This document shows, one piece after another, positions 46,601 to 57,169 of a DNA stretch of 64,000 nt. The stretch's first letter is position 1; every line of letters begins with the position of its first letter. The stretch is from Marsupella aquatica (taxonomy: Eukaryota; Plantae; Marchantiophyta). The notes below the pieces were generated by a model. It had not been told where the DNA came from and did not search any database. It was given only the letters and a program-made list of their open reading frames with translations. The translations under genes and the position numbers were made by a program. The stretch is from contig CCZZQB010000054.1 of the NCBI GenBank assembly GCA_973895155.1, positions 6,182 to 70,181 on the forward strand. Direction: 5' to 3'.

Positions 46601-46680
46601 CCATTGCTCGCACAAGGGCGAAGGAAGCACTGACGACCACCGCGCTCTTTCCGTACTGCAAACGGAAAAAACCCGTCACA
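40688..46680 (-). pseudogene. Spliced gene: ParB-like domain plus beta-class amino (N4-cytosine/N6-adenine) DNA methyltransferase-like domain
   Basis: Predicted exons about 46680-45854, 45761 to about 44420, 44281-43578 and 41224-40688. KMFFVFDGNHQLYAW at about 45990; FIYLPTG and FLSDDGMLAIL (motifs IV and VI); FMQSVIELFTLPGDIVLDWTVGSGSTFIAGDFSGHFVIGLE (motifs X, I, II). Contains stops and frameshifts. Confidence 0.75.
41313..43541. mobile_element. Solo LTR I (2229 bp) inside the last intron of the methyltransferase gene
   Basis: Ends TGTCATGAGG...CCTCAGGACA; 4-bp TSD GCGC at 41309-41312 and 43542-43545. Its removal restores a 120-nt GT-AG intron and a palindrome. Confidence 0.85.
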
Positions 46681-47226
46681 CAGCTTCGATCGTACTGTAC
46701 TTAACATGGGAAATAAGAAGAATCTAGAGCACAGAGCATGACATATACGCTAAGGAAACTGAACTCCTAGCCTGGATCTATGACACATGTCGTTATCTTA
46801 TTTGACAACACATAAGGGGATCAATGTATTGAGGGTCATGCAACCTATAGTTACCGTTGAATATGACCGTTGAAAGGAAAACCTGACGTTAGATGGACCC
46901 CAACCTTTTGGATTGTTATGAATAGCGCCAGGCGCTAAACATAAATTGACTTTGCATGGACCTCTACTTTTGCAATGTTTTTAATAGCGCTTGGCGCTAT
47001 TCATCATCTGATATTTCTAGAACAAAAGGGTTCTTCCTAAATAACGTTTTTTGTTAATGTCGTTGATTGTAAATGACGTTGATATAATGACAAAATACAT
47101 ATATGGTGTTAGAGGATTGTCTTATTATAATGGCTTTAGGGAACTGTTAGTCAGGATCGATAACAGTCCTCGTCGGTGGAATTTTGATTCATAATTTTCC
47201 TACACTCATTCGCTTCCAAGGCTTCT

Positions 47227-50200
47227 GTGATGTCTCAGTCAATCGTAGTTACCCGTATGTCCACCGGTGACATTGTTTCCATTCCAGTGTCTGTGGCCGA
47301 AAGGTACAGGCAAATAAGTGAGGTTTATCTTTGTGGAAGGTTTGATTTGCGCATGAATGACATAAAGGCAATCGTTCAGGAGGGAACGGAAGCCAATGAC
47401 TTTGAATCTATCGCACTTTTTGATGTCGATGACGGGGTGAGATTTTGGCACCTTAATGTTGGGTTGCGCTACTCCATTGTTGTTCGGGAACCAAATCAAG
47501 GAGATTGGCAATCCCCTCAGAGGGATCCGGTGGATGTAGTTGCTCTTTCCGATAGTGATGATGAGGAGCCACCAAGGATCCCCTTCGTGGAGCCTTCGGC
47601 GCCTGAAGTGGTCTTGGTCAAAGAGGAGATGCCATCGTCGCAATCCCATATTGTATACCGGAGAAGTGCAATGGACGCGCTGCTCAAGTCAACTGGGTCC
47701 AACAAACTTTCAAGGTTCATTTCGGCTGGAAACTTCCGGCATGAACAAGTACCTTGTTTGCCACCGAAGTACAATGGAAATGTAGTGTTTGAGTTGCCTC
47801 CATTGTCGGGAATTCTTTCAAAAGGATCCCGTCTACAGGACATGGACCAAACCAAGGATTGCTACATCTGGACTAGAATATTTCCTACCACTACAAACGT
47901 GCAGCCCAAGAAATACTGGGAATTCGGTAAAGTCACTTGTACTGGATTTATTGAGTGCAGGAATAAAACTTGTGACTACTTCCGCCGAAGAAGAGGAGGA
48001 ATGCAAAGGCATGGGCTGGTACCCCAAAACTTGGAGGCTCTCACCGTGTTGGATCGTTCATTGAGCAGGGTGGAGTTGTTTGTCATTATTGCCAGCAGCT
48101 CCCTTTTTGTGTAGAGGCATGCTCTGCAAGACTGTTTTATATGTATCCTCAAGTTCTGCTTGACTCAAATACCTGTAGTCACATGTCTTGCCTTGCGATT
48201 CATACGGGCACCCACAACCATCCTTGTCGTAAGGTATTTTCCCGGAGTGCGGAAAAGGTAGTTGAAGATGTCATAAAAAAGAAATTGGAAGGCAATCCAA
48301 CTTGGACGCCTGCCAGGATTAAAAATGTAGCGACAGGATCTTTTGTACAGTCTTTGTGTGAGAGCCTAGGTGAGATTGAAGATATCGAAGAGACAGAGAT
48401 TTTCCAGTCTCTAATGGTAGTTTCTACTCCACAGAAGTTTGCATCTCTTTTCAGGAGTGTTAGGCAGGACCAGAAAGGCCGTGGAGAGTTGGATTTTCTT
48501 GTTCGGTATCAAAAGAATATCAACATGCCTTTTCTACACAGGTACATCCTTCCAGGTCAAGGATCTCAAGAAGACAAACCTCACATATTTAAGATGACTT
48601 CCAAAGGCCATGGGTCTGGGGTGGATCTTTTGCGGCAAATGCAACCTGGAGGGATGCTTGAAGGTGCCTGGGTAAGCTTCGATGTCATGAAATGAATGAC
48701 CAAGGATTGGGTGACTTTTAGCGCACACGTTTACGATCACAATTACCGCGCATTGTGTACAATATTTACTTGCGAGCTAAAAGCTGAGGACACGGCGTCA
48801 TTCGAGAAGGCTTGGAGATTAATGATTGAGGTTTCCAAAGAGAATGGGTTAGATAATCCAACCATTCATGGCTTCATGGCAGACAATGCCCAAGCCGGAT
48901 GGTTAGCAGTCCGAAATGTTTTTTTTGGAGGGCACCCAAACCCTGAACGAGAGAGGACGGACGCTTTTCATTTTTACCAAGCTTTTCATCGCCATTCTGT
49001 TGAAGGAGTGTTGGAAGAGAAGCAGGCGAAACATCAAATGCTATGGGATAAATTACGGAATGCACCGACATTTGTAGAGGCTTACCGACTTTCAAGAGAG
49101 ATTGACCTATGGTGGTAGTCGGGTAATTGCTTACTTGGAAAGAAGTGTTTACAAAAGATAGCAAACAGGAAACAGGATTTAATAACAAAAACTGGTAACA
49201 AGAAAAAAAACTAGTAACAGGAAAATGGATGGAAATTTTTTTTGAATTTTTTTTTGAATTTTTTTTTTGAAAATTTTTTTTTTGAGAAAAAAAAAGTTTT
49301 TTTTTTGGTCAACCAGTTTTTTTTGCTACAGCCCAAAGCTAGCCAAAAATGTTGCATTGTTAATTTTTTTTGGAAATAACATGTTTTATGAGACATTTTT
49401 AAATTGTCATTTTTCCTGGTAACAGTGATTTTTTCTTGGTAACAGCATTTTAAAAACAGGAAAAAAAAATCTTGTTTACCTGTTTCTTGTCTTCGTCGCT
49501 ATACCCCCTGGAAAGCTCCGAATGCTTCAAAGTTGGATATCGTGGTGGGTCGTGCGTTGGAGGCAGTGGGGAAATTTTATTCGCTTGGTGAGTAATAGCG
49601 CTTGGCGCTAGTAATATGCAAGTCAGATTGCTTTGTAGAAGTACATTTTTCAGATGACATTCCTCAACATTCCATCCAAAGAATCCAAATAATGTAATTG
49701 ATTCTCAAATATTGACCTATTTATTTTCATAAACATGTGATTACACAATAATATTGATGGTTTTGTCTAAATGTTCTGCCTAGCGCCTGGCGCTAGTATG
49801 TTTTGCGGATTCTTACCAGTGTTTATGCTTTGTCGTTCTAGGACAAAAGTGCTGAAGAAGGCGCTAGGATTCCTAACTATACCGGGTCAGAGTCTGTTCA
49901 TGCGGGAATGAAAGCATGGGTAATGAAAAAAAAAGTTGGGCTCTTTGAGGCATGTGAAATGGATCAGAATCGAGCTATATCGCAGGTTGCAGCATATACC
50001 ACATATCGGAAAGGATTGAGTAGAGGAAGAGGTCCTACAATATGGGAACTGGCTTTCCGTTCAGCTGACCAGGCAGGTTCCCCAGAGCTGTTCGAGGATG
50101 CGATGAACATGCTCCTCTCCAATGCAGCTGAGTTTGACTTGGAGAGAAGCGTTCCTCTCAACGGAGATGTTACAAAGTCTGTCAAGAGGAAAGGACCTGC

Positions 50201-51365
50201 AACTGGGATTGTCTCGCCACAAGACTCCCACCGACATGATAAAGTCCTTATCACATCGCCGAATACCAGATCAATCAAGCGTAAAAATCTGCACCACACA
50301 ATGTTTGCTTCCATATCGGAAGAAAAACCTGATGACATTTCCGTTGTCAATCTCTCAGGAAGTGATGATTCGAGGGATGTAGATCGTGATGATTTCAGTA
50401 CACCGCAGAGTCGACATCAATCACGTTCAACACAATACCCACAAAGCGCCCCCGCTGTACTTCAGCAGACATTGCTCCAATCTCCAGTTCTTGAAACAGA
50501 ATTCATGCAGGGTTCATGGCATCTGTGTCAGACATCAAGATTTGGGGCCGGTCCACAGTGCAACACGTCATTTGGCGGTAGTTCCGAGAGAGACGAGGGT
50601 CGAAATAGAGTGAAGAAAGTTGGGTTCCCCTCATCAAACAATGTCATTGGAATTGTTGTCAAAGGACAATGCATGTTCAGGGGGGAACCCATAGCCAAAA
50701 TGATATGGTTCTGCCCAAACAACACATGCTATCGGGGCCGTCCCCGCCGTGGTGTAGTGAACCTGCCCTCCGTTCCTGATGTTCTTCCTGTTATAAAAGG
50801 AACAAATGTTTCGGAAGCTGAGATGAAGTATCTTGTTGACCAGGGAATACCTATAGCCCGAGGAAGAGACGGTCCTCTACCTCCACCATCACTTTTCGAG
50901 CTTTGAATCAATGTAAACTTATTTCCAGAGAGAGTGAATCTTTTGGAACCCACTGTTCGTCTCCAAAGTCGGAATGGAAAGAACACGGTTCCTCGATCGA
51001 CCTTGACCCATGGTCACATGAAGAGGATTGAATCTGCAAGAAAAGAGACCATGTCCGTCTAGGGACAATGGGATGTTTCTATTGGGAACTCATGGGGGAA
51101 GCAATTCAAAGTACAAACACATGAGAATCTAAGGACGCCGAATAGTTACTTTGTGCAGATTTGTATTTTCCCGACTTGTTCTTGTGAGGATTTCTATCGT
51201 CGACATTCTCGCAGACATCCATATATGCCTTGCAAACATTTGTACTGGGTTTTCCATACCGTTTTCAAACTAGACGTTGAGGAATCTACTTTGACCAGCC
51301 AACCAATTCTCACAGTTGGAGAAGTCCGACTGATCTTGGAGAGGGAGAATGCTCATGGTTTATAG
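47227..51365 (+). pseudogene. MULE2 transposase (Cys/His WRKY-GCM-like region, MULE DDE domain, SWIM zinc finger)
   Basis: CTGFIEC..C and HTGTHNHP; catalytic-type motifs FDVMK, FMADN, AFHFYQA (CxxH equivalent), SESVH; SWIM CSCEDF...CKHLYW. Intron at 49588-49841; several stops. Confidence 0.8.
49143..49506. mobile_element. 364-bp non-autonomous insertion in the transposase, with a 9-bp near-TSD
   Basis: CTTGGAAAG (49134-49142) and CCTGGAAAG (49507-49515). Removal restores ...LGKLRMLQSW; its left end resembles 39489 onward. Confidence 0.6.
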
Positions 51366-51549
51366 AGAAGTATATATTTGTCCTATACTTGAAACGGTTA
51401 TATTAGTTTTTGTCGTATTACAACGATATAGTTTTATGTTAGCGCCTGGCGCTAGGATGGAAGTCTTCCTTATTATCATTTACTTCATTGTAATCCTATC
51501 ACTACAAATGATATTTTAAATTTGTGTTTCCTGTTAGAATATATTTAAC

Positions 51550-53025
51550 TGTGATGCCTAGACAGGAATCACTCGACCGGTTAAGTGGGTAAAGCAGGAA
51601 GGCACCCTAGGAACACCTTAGTACAGTGACAAAACAAGGAAAATATAAACAATTAGGGGCAACCATGGAACCCGGGCAGAGGCCGGAGGTAAGGCTGAGG
51701 GTGAAAACCCGATTAGGGTTAGGGCGCGTTAAGCGTCGGCGGCTAGGAAGGATCAACGGGAAGAAGGACCGGCAGAGGAGAGGGGTAAGGAGCGCTTGCA
51801 GGAGATGGTGGCTCATTTGCGAGCACGAACTAGGCAGACGACTACGGGAGGCCAACTACTGTCAGCTGCTTAAGCAAGCACTCGGGGAGAGAGTAGATAC
51901 CGACGATCGACCTAAGGAGGGTATGAGCAACGTCAATCAAGCGGCACATTTTTGGGGATGCCTGTTCGAACGGGCAACTGAGTACATCAAGACTTACGAG
52001 GACGAGGAGTCAGAAAGGGCAGCTCGAGAACGGCAGGAGCTCGTTCGATTGTGGGAGCTGCACAAGACGGCTTTCTTAGGAGGCGAACTCATCAAGGACG
52101 AGTTCCTGTGGACGCCTACTTCCAATCAACTCGACGATCTTCTGTTTTGCAAAGACAGCGTCGTCGGCATCCGAGAGGCCATCAAGAACTGCAACGACAT
52201 ACACTGGGAATTAAAGGGTAGCACGGAAAGGTGGACCCGGGCAACGGTGCTAGGAGAAACCTCCACGGCAGCAGAGATGAAGAGGAAGGGAGCCGTCAAC
52301 GATGAAGCCACCCCGGCAAAAAGAACGAGGTCGGCGGCACCAAAGAAGCCAGCCGAGCAGCAGAGCAGGAGGCAGGGAGAAGCCGAAGAGGAGGAGGTCG
52401 ATCCCATCAAGGCCATTCCAACCAGGGATGACACCTGGAAGGGCTGGGCGGCAACCCTACCGGTGGAGGTGCAACTACATTTTGCACGGGAGGAGGATGC
52501 ATGCTTTACGGCCATGCAGACCAAGAAGTACCAAGGCTTCATGGCCGGATCCGGCTTGGAGGCCTTTGTAAGATTACCATGGCTGAAGCCGGAGGTACCG
52601 GAGTCAGACCTATTAGAATTCGTGGGGTCATGGGAACCCGAGACCAATTGCACGAGGATATATGGGAAGGATTTCTATCTTACTCCCAAGGTAATTGCCG
52701 AAGTGTTTGGCTTGCCGATGGGCAATAAGACCAAAGTTGATACCAGGAAGACCTTGCCTGACAAGGAGTTCCGGTCGTTCCCCGGGCCATCAACGAAGAA
52801 TGGCTTCTTCCGGAACACCTGCACCAACCCGCACATAGGAGAGATGATCGACTTCTTGCGGGTGACCATGCATTGTAACTTGCCGAGGGCAGAGATCGGC
52901 AAGGCATAGGTCTATCTGGCAGAAAGGCCAGACCCAAGCCGGGACTACAACGGGTACCTCCTCAACCAATTGAAGAAGATCTTAAAGGAGGAGCAGCAGG
53001 TAATCGGCATGGGGAGCGTGTCGCG
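51550..53025 (+). mobile_element. Element H: third D-family LTR, interrupted by G at 53026
   Basis: Starts TGTGATGCCTAGACAGG, is about 99% like the D LTR by eye, and breaks off at GTGTCGCG. Confidence 0.92.
51665..52909 (+). pseudogene. H copy of the LTR ORF (upstream ORF fused in frame to ORF1; premature TAG at 52907-52909)
   Basis: ORF 51626-52909; an extra G in CTCGGGGAGA relative to D; CAG>TAG. Confidence 0.8.
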
Positions 53026-53386
53026 TGTGACGGGTACCCCGTCACGGGAAGTCACACATAACTGGTTGCAAAGGCCGATACCTTGTTAATAGTCAATGTA
53101 AATAAGCCATTTTTTAATTTTTAGTTAATTCCGTCATTATAGGTTGATGATGCCCCAGGTGACTTTATATTCTTTCTCTCATAATAGTTCTAAGATTTGC
53201 GGCGACCTAAGTGGGCAAATATTTTGGGACCTTGAAACTAGCCAGGACCAGCCCCATAGGACTTACCGTTTTGCTTCAAGAGCTATTGTTGAGACCCCCA
53301 TTGCAAAGTCAGGAGAGGGGGGGGTTTTTTTAAATAAATCCCTCCTCAGGAGGGCGAGTCCCATTAGTGGCCGTCCGAGAGAAAGA

Positions 53387-53760
53387 GGGGCTGCCTCGCG
53401 AGCCCATAGGGCTGCGTGCCCGGGCGATTAATGGGGCTCCGCGAGCTGAAGGGGCTGCCTCGCGAGCCCATAGGGCTGCGTGCCCGGGCAATTAATGAGG
53501 CTCCGCGAGCTGAAGGAGCGCAAGCGAGCGGGGGGGGGGAGTTAAAGGGCCTCCCGCGAGCTGGGAGGATCACGCGAGCGGGGGGGAGTTAAAGGGCCTC
53601 CCGCGAGCTGGGAGGATCACGCGAGCGGGGGGGAGTTAAAGGGCCTCCCGCGAGCTGGGAGGATCACGCGAGCGGGGGGGAGTTAAAGGGCCTCCCGCGA
53701 GCTGGGAGGATCACGCGAGCGGGGGGGAGTTGAAGGGCCTCCCGCGAGCCGGGAGGAATG
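53387..53760 (+). repeat. GC-rich tandem repeats in the G LTR (two units of about 65 bp, then about five 47-bp units)
   Basis: 47-mer GCGAGCGGGGGGGAGTTAAAGGGCCTCCCGCGAGCTGGGAGGATCAC. Confidence 0.9.
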
Positions 53761-54179
53761 GCCGCGCGCCCTGCATAGGGCCGCGCGCAGGAGGACGCAA
53801 GGGTAAGGCCCGAGAAATGGGCCGGGGCGCATGGCGAAGGCGCCAGGAGTTTTTTCGGTTCTATTTTTTTTCCTTCCTTTTTCTTTCCCTCTTCCTTTTG
53901 CACGACCCTCTCATTGCCGAAAGCAAAAACGGGGTTCTTCTCTCTCTTGCCGGAAGCTCTCTCCAGATTCTAATTATTTTTGAAGCTCTCTCTTTCATGG
54001 TGGATTAGTGGGGCTTGCTGGCGTCATTCTTCCAGGCATTAGTGGCGGCCGCACGGAGTAGTGACGGGAAATTGAGAGAATTTAAGTGATCGGGCTACGG
54101 GGGCTGTTTCGGGCCAGGGAATTGACATTGCCACGGGTGACGGGATTGGTGATTGAGAAATTGATTTCGGGATGCATGG

Positions 54180-56036
54180 ATGCTAGATCAACCAGAGTTT
54201 AGTGCGTCACGCATTCGGAGATACAAGGCTGCTTACCGTGACTACGTGGAGACTCGGATTACACGGGAAAGGGAAGAGAGAGAAGTTATGATGAGCACGG
54301 GATTGGCAGCGGGTTCCTCACCGGTGGGTAGGAAGATTTTTCGTCGAATTTATCCCAAGACCTCCACCAAGGTGATGGAGGATTGTCGGAACATTTTCCA
54401 AGCCACCGGGCTTACAGAATTCATGAAGGTGGAGATTACCATCCCTTCAGGGAAGAGCTGGGACATTGAGGCCGGGATGGAGTTCCGAACGGAGGGAATC
54501 TACTTTGAATGTCTCAAACGTGTAGTGCCCCATGTGGAGTTGGCTAAGCTATTGTTTCTTGAGAATCAGAAATTCTCATTCACACCTCGGAATATCAGGG
54601 GAGAACTCACGTTGAAAATGGTGGCCACTTGGGTGACCAATCCTACCTCCACCACCGCCATCCCTCTTTCTGCTGTCAAGGATGTTGAGTATAAGGGCTT
54701 CCTGGCCAAGGTGCATCAACGGGTTCTTGGCAACGTGCAATCCGGAGTGCTGAATGAGGAGCATTTCGTGGTAGCTATGGACATCAAGAACTACCCAGCC
54801 CATGTGTACGGATGGTGGTGCTACGGATTGAAGAAGCTATTGGCCGCTGAGCCCGGGAGTGTGAAACCAGGTGGGGCTGTACATTTGATGGGGTCATTTG
54901 TATTGGCCAGGGCAGAAGGGTTGATTGGTTCTCCGGGGCATGAAGACACGGGATCATCTCTCACCACGGAGATCCGGAGTATTGCCACTACCGTTTTAGG
55001 GAAGCTCACGGAGGAATCATTGTTTGCTGGTGGGGAGGATAATAGAGAAGAAGAGAACCAGGAGGATGATTGCACATTGGAGTGGCTTGAATCACTCGTG
55101 GGAGATCCGAAACAGCCTCTGGAATACAACATTCCGGATGTTTACTTGGCAGAGCTACGGGATTTCAGAGAGGGAGTCCACGAGGGACTCAAGCTAGTCC
55201 ACGCATTGAGGGAGTCTCTCAAGCACGCCACAGTCAAAGTAGAGACGTTAGAGCAGAGCATCCTGTCACTGAAGGAGGTGATCAAGACCAAGGAGCAGAC
55301 CATTCATGAGAAGGTCAGGCACATCAATGCAGCTCACGTAGAGATCACCAACTTGAAGGGAGCTTTGTCCACCAAGGCCAAGGAAGCAGAAGAAGTAGGA
55401 GCGTTGAGGCAAGCATTGGCCAAAGAGAAGCAAAATTCTGGAGAAGTGATGGAGTGGAGGAACCAGGTGGGAGCACTACGGAGTCAGGTGGCAGCCTTTG
55501 AGACACGAGCGAAGAGAAGTGAGGCCCTGAGTCTAGGGAAACGGAAGAGTCCCGGCACACCTGGCTCCACACTTTCCCCGGATGTGATCTCCCAAGCTAT
55601 CGAGATGGTGGTGAAGGAGGTTAGTGGGAAGTATGGACCCTTGTTGGATGGAGCCAAGAAGAGTCAGGAGAAGAGTAAGAGCTTGGAGAAGAAGCTCCGG
55701 GAGGTACGGAAATCGTTACGGGAGGCTCAGGTCAGTACGGGGATGCCACCCAGGTCTGTCACCCCCGGGACTCCCATGGCCACGGGGCAAGTTCTACCGT
55801 TGGAGTTGCGGTCCGGAGAAGAGGCTACCCTCTGGAAGGACACAATTGGTGAGGGGTACATCAAGGCGTGGCAGGCCTTGGCTGCTTTGAGGAAGCGCGG
55901 GAGCAGCAGCACTAAGAGTACTCCGTCGAAGAAGAAGAAAAGTACGGTGGCACTCACTCCCGTGAGTGATGAGGAGGAGGACCACTCACGGGGCACAAGT
56001 CCGGGCACCGAGAGCGAAGAAGAAGAGGAGGATTAG
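54180..56036 (+). CDS. LTR-embedded accessory ORF of G (618 aa, with coiled coil)
   Basis: Uninterrupted ORF with an ATGLTEF segment, a central coiled coil and an acidic/basic tail. Confidence 0.7.
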   Translation: MLDQPEFSASRIRRYKAAYRDYVETRITREREEREVMMSTGLAAGSSPVGRKIFRRIYPKTSTKVMEDCRNIFQATGLTEFMKVEITIPSGKSWDIEAGMEFRTEGIYFECLKRVVPHVELAKLLFLENQKFSFTPRNIRGELTLKMVATWVTNPTSTTAIPLSAVKDVEYKGFLAKVHQRVLGNVQSGVLNEEHFVVAMDIKNYPAHVYGWWCYGLKKLLAAEPGSVKPGGAVHLMGSFVLARAEGLIGSPGHEDTGSSLTTEIRSIATTVLGKLTEESLFAGGEDNREEENQEDDCTLEWLESLVGDPKQPLEYNIPDVYLAELRDFREGVHEGLKLVHALRESLKHATVKVETLEQSILSLKEVIKTKEQTIHEKVRHINAAHVEITNLKGALSTKAKEAEEVGALRQALAKEKQNSGEVMEWRNQVGALRSQVAAFETRAKRSEALSLGKRKSPGTPGSTLSPDVISQAIEMVVKEVSGKYGPLLDGAKKSQEKSKSLEKKLREVRKSLREAQVSTGMPPRSVTPGTPMATGQVLPLELRSGEEATLWKDTIGEGYIKAWQALAALRKRGSSSTKSTPSKKKKSTVALTPVSDEEEDHSRGTSPGTESEEEEED

Positions 56037-57169
56037 ATAGGCGTACGGACGTGGGTGTACGGCCTCCAGATTTCCAACATTTTAGTGGGGGGTCACTCAT
56101 GGGCTTGTTGGGATGAGCTCGCGGAGCTGATTCCAACAAGAGGCGGCGCTCCTCAAACGGAGCCAGGATGAGCAAGTTATGGCCTGGAGAACTTATGTTT
56201 TTGCGGTACGGAAACGGCCATAACTCAGGCGTCTGAAGTCCGTTGAGGGAGCGACTTAGTGATTCGGAAGCAGGAAAAGAAGAGCTATCCAGGGGTGAGC
56301 TCAGGTGTGCACTTGGAAGGGCACCTAGTTTCGGCCATTTTGGGGTGCCTCTCACTTTCAGGGTTCACGTGTACTGTTGGGGCGCCGTCGAAGGCACCGT
56401 CGGCCCCCTTGTTTTGGGTTTAGGGTTTTAGCAGCATGTGTGTGCCGCATGCTCCTCTTCAGTTTAAGGATTTCTCTTAGTGCAAGGTTTTAGCGGCGCC
56501 GCTAGGGTAGCCGCCACCGTTGTGACCCTGTGAGGGGTGCTTTGGTGTGATTTTTCAGTATTTAGGGGGATAGCCCCGAAGTAGTTAGGGGGACTCAGTG
56601 TGAAGTTAGCAAGGAGGGATAGAGTGGAGCCTGAGGAGTTTGAAAGCGTGTTCAGAGTAGTGAGGGGGAGCCATACTCATTGTCCGGAGAGGCAGGAGTT
56701 GAGTAGACGGCAGGAGGCCGGGTTACTCATGCAATGTGTATCGTTTTTCCCAAGAGATATGGATCTGTACATTTGACTTGATGGGCTTTTGTTGTGTGTT
56801 CCTTCTCCCTTTTTCGCTTTCCGAATTGTGTTCTCCCGTTCTATGATTTGAAGAAACTTGCTTGGTTTGAGTCGGCCTTGTGAGTAGGGGTGGTGACAGC
56901 ACTCTTTGGGTGACTCCGAGTGAAGGTGTAGTGGGGTAGTCGGCAGGACTTGATCAAAAGCTGTGGGGTGAGGGTAGTCGGTAGACTTGATCAAAACCTA
57001 CATTTCCGGGAGCGGAAACCAAAATACTCATCCTGGTGTGAAAAGAATCCAAATAGCGTCCCTCCACGACCCCGTAATACGATACCAACGGTTTAAGCGA
57101 AGAAAAGTGCGGTTTGCACGTATTAACCGTTGGAGAGGCAAGTGACATAAGTGTGGTCTTTTGTTTTTG

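Larger units (their letters stand above)
39489..51549. mobile_element. MULE2: Mutator-like DNA transposon with divergent transposase and ParB-methyltransferase genes (right end outside the window)
   Basis: DDE transposase plus SWIM domain, dispersed palindromes, and subterminal TAACAGGAAA (about 39563) versus TTTCCTGTTA (about 51528). The left boundary is inferred from truncation of the MULE1 gene. Confidence 0.72.
53026..57147 (+). repeat. G LTR (about 4122 bp, plus orientation)
   Basis: Begins TGTGAC at the H breakpoint and ends GTGACA, followed by the same 20-nt spacer found next to the PBS. Only the last about 280 bp can be checked against the second copy. Confidence 0.7.

Noticed and set aside
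49230-49305. Poly-T tracts as a LINE/SINE tail
   Set aside because: They are internal to the 364-bp insertion and not adjacent to a TSD.
56954-57169. C-terminal extension of the G integrase as an extra domain
   Set aside because: It is read-through into the inverted LTR (the same peptide appears in ORF 63742-63936).
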